NCBI RefSeq assembly: GCF_001194135.2
Contig: NC_069007.1
Span: 13,646,513-13,687,604, forward strand
From: Octopus bimaculoides
Taxonomy: Eukaryota
Direction: 5' to 3'
DNA: 41,092 nt
Position numbers and translations under genes: made by a program. The notes under the pieces were generated by a model. It was not told where the DNA came from and did not search any database. It saw only the letters and a list, made by a program, of their open reading frames with translations. Numbering within the stretch: the stretch's first letter is position 1; the number at the start of each line of letters is the position of its first letter. This document shows, in pieces, positions 1-41,092 of this stretch.

Positions 1-92
1 ATCTTGGGCTGAGCAACCAGAACAACAATTTAATTTTAATTTTATTTCTTCTTCCGTTTCATAAACCACCCTCCACCCTTATTTCTTTCTAG

Positions 93-39661
<39,569 letters not shown>

Positions 39662-39720
39662 GTAAATATGCTTTTGTTTTTTATCTTTCCAAATTATTTC
39701 TTCCCTAATGTGTAAATGTA

Positions 39721-39922
39721 CAAGAGGGTACAGGAAAGTTCCTGGCTTTAAGGGATGGTTGGAGGCCCAGCCATCTGAGTTCTTTTACAGGACTTAGGAA
39801 AATTGAAGGACCACTGTAATAAGTGTGAATCTGAGAGGGGAATATGTTGAATAAAATCATAATTAACTGATCCTCCTGTATTTTCCTTTTACCCAAAGCC
39901 AGGAACTTTTCAGCACCCCTCG
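39721..39922 (+). mobile_element. Mariner-derived MITE retaining the transposase C-terminal remnant
   Basis: TIRs caagagggtacaggaaagttcctggcttt / aaagccaggaacttttcagcacccctcg; TA flanks; ...RGEYVE* remnant. Confidence 0.85.
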
Positions 39923-40409
39923 TAATCGAAATCAAGTTAAATTGGACACTAAACTCCACTTGCGAAGACCTGTTGAAATCAAAATCGAGTTAAGTTCGGC
40001 GACTGGCACCCATGCCAACGTCGTCTCCTTCATTGAACACGAAACTCAGCTTAAGAAGACTTATTGAGGAAAGCGAAATCGTGAAGGCACTTGTGCCCGC
40101 GGCATGTGTAAGGACTTTCGAGCGAGATCATTGCCAGTGCCCCTGGACTGGCTCTTGTACGGGTGGCACATAAAATACACCATTTTGAGCGTAGCCGTTG
40201 CCAGTACTGCCTGACTGGCCTTCGTGCCTGAGGCACGTAAAAAGCACTCACTACACTCTCTGAGTGGTTGGCGTTAGGAAGGGCATCCAGCTGTAGAAAC
40301 TCTGCCAAATCAGACTGGAGCGTGGTGTAGCCATCTGGTTTCACCAGTCCTCGGTCAAATCGTCGAACCCATGCTAGCATGGAAAGTGGACGTTAAACAA
40401 CAACGATAA

Positions 40410-40635
40410 TTTAGAGAAAAGAACCAAAGTTCATGATCTCATCCACAGTCATATACAGAAAAATTTAATAAGTAAAAACACTAAAAAGAATTGTAATAAT
40501 CATTAAAATAATATTTTAATGATCATTACTTTGTATTTTATTAAAGTTCTTTTTAGTGTTTTTACTTATTAAATTTTTCTATATGTGACTGGATTTTCAT
40601 GGATGAGTTCAGGAACTTTGGTTCTTTTCTCTAAA
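40410..40635. repeat. Fold-back inverted repeat, ~90-bp arms
   Basis: tttagagaaaagaaccaaagttc... vs ...gaactttggttcttttctctaaa; 8-nt indel between arms. Confidence 0.92.
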
Positions 40636-40655
40636 GTATATATTTATATATTTTA

Positions 40656-41039
40656 TACTCTTTACTCTCTCTTTTACTTGTTTCAGTCATTTGACTGTGG
40701 CCATGCTGGAGCACCGCCTTTAGTCGATCAAATCGACCCCAGGACTTATTCTTTAGATGCCTAGCACTTATTCTATGAGTCTCTTTTGCCGAACCGCTAA
40801 GTGACGGGGACGTAAACACACCAGCATCGGTTGTCAAACGATGTTGGGGGGACAAACACATACATATATACATACGACAGGCTTCTTTCAGTTTCCATCT
40901 ACCAAATCCACTCACAAGGCTTTGGTCGGCCCGAGGCTATAGTAGAAGACACTTGCCCAAGGAGCCATGCAGTGGGACTGAACCTAGAACCATGCGGTTG
41001 GTAAGCAAGCTACTTACCACACAGCCACTCCTGCACCTA
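40656..41039 (-). mobile_element. Family B tRNA-derived SINE with internal microsatellite (young copy). Other approximate copies: - 6585-6690, 6700-6815, 8712-8875, 9155-10343, 10645-11040, 11808-12095, 24237-24665, 27057-27470, 31570-31965, 34100-34435, 35600-35670, 36505-36890, 38630-38890; + 773-1070, 19815-20085 and short fragments
   Basis: Head ggtgcaggagtggctgtgtggtaag...ggttc(ta)ggttcagtccc with A/B-box-like motifs; common tail gactgaaacaagtaaaagag. Confidence 0.9.
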
Positions 41040-41092
41040 CTGTGAAACTTAATTTTAATTTTTGATAAATTGTATTTAATTGAGTTTTTACC

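Noticed and set aside
40575-40620. CUGUGGA/GAAC pattern in the 40410 fold-back
   Set aside because: GAAC instead of GAAA and no helix I or III, so only the fold-back is reported.

Overview
This is eukaryotic, intron-rich, AT-rich animal genomic DNA with six assembly gaps. The repeat families and microsatellite density suggest an octopus or other coleoid cephalopod (inference, no database search). The window lies entirely inside one + strand gene, the TFIIH 5'-3' Fe-S DNA helicase XPD/ERCC2. I can place 21 GT-AG coding exons (93 to 39661, 1977 coding bp) that join in frame. The ATG exon lies upstream and the last exons lie downstream. One expected 64-bp exon is not visible and probably sits in the gap at 33697-34068. 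Two exons are microexons (24 and 30 nt). The introns are filled with tRNA-derived SINEs, RTE-type LINE 3' ends, an R4/Dong-like RLE fragment, a probable Tx1/L1 3' end, mariner, hAT, piggyBac-like and Helentron-like non-autonomous elements, and microsatellites. Nearly all ORF-track entries are spurious. The most unusual signal is a set of long intronic fold-back palindromes. Four of them, plus one solo element, carry sequence-unrelated minimal type-I hammerhead ribozyme-like motifs of the Penelope-associated kind: CUGANGA core or variant, helix II, GAAA, self-palindromic helix III and an NUH cleavage triplet. All structures were folded by eye and need computational and biochemical confirmation.
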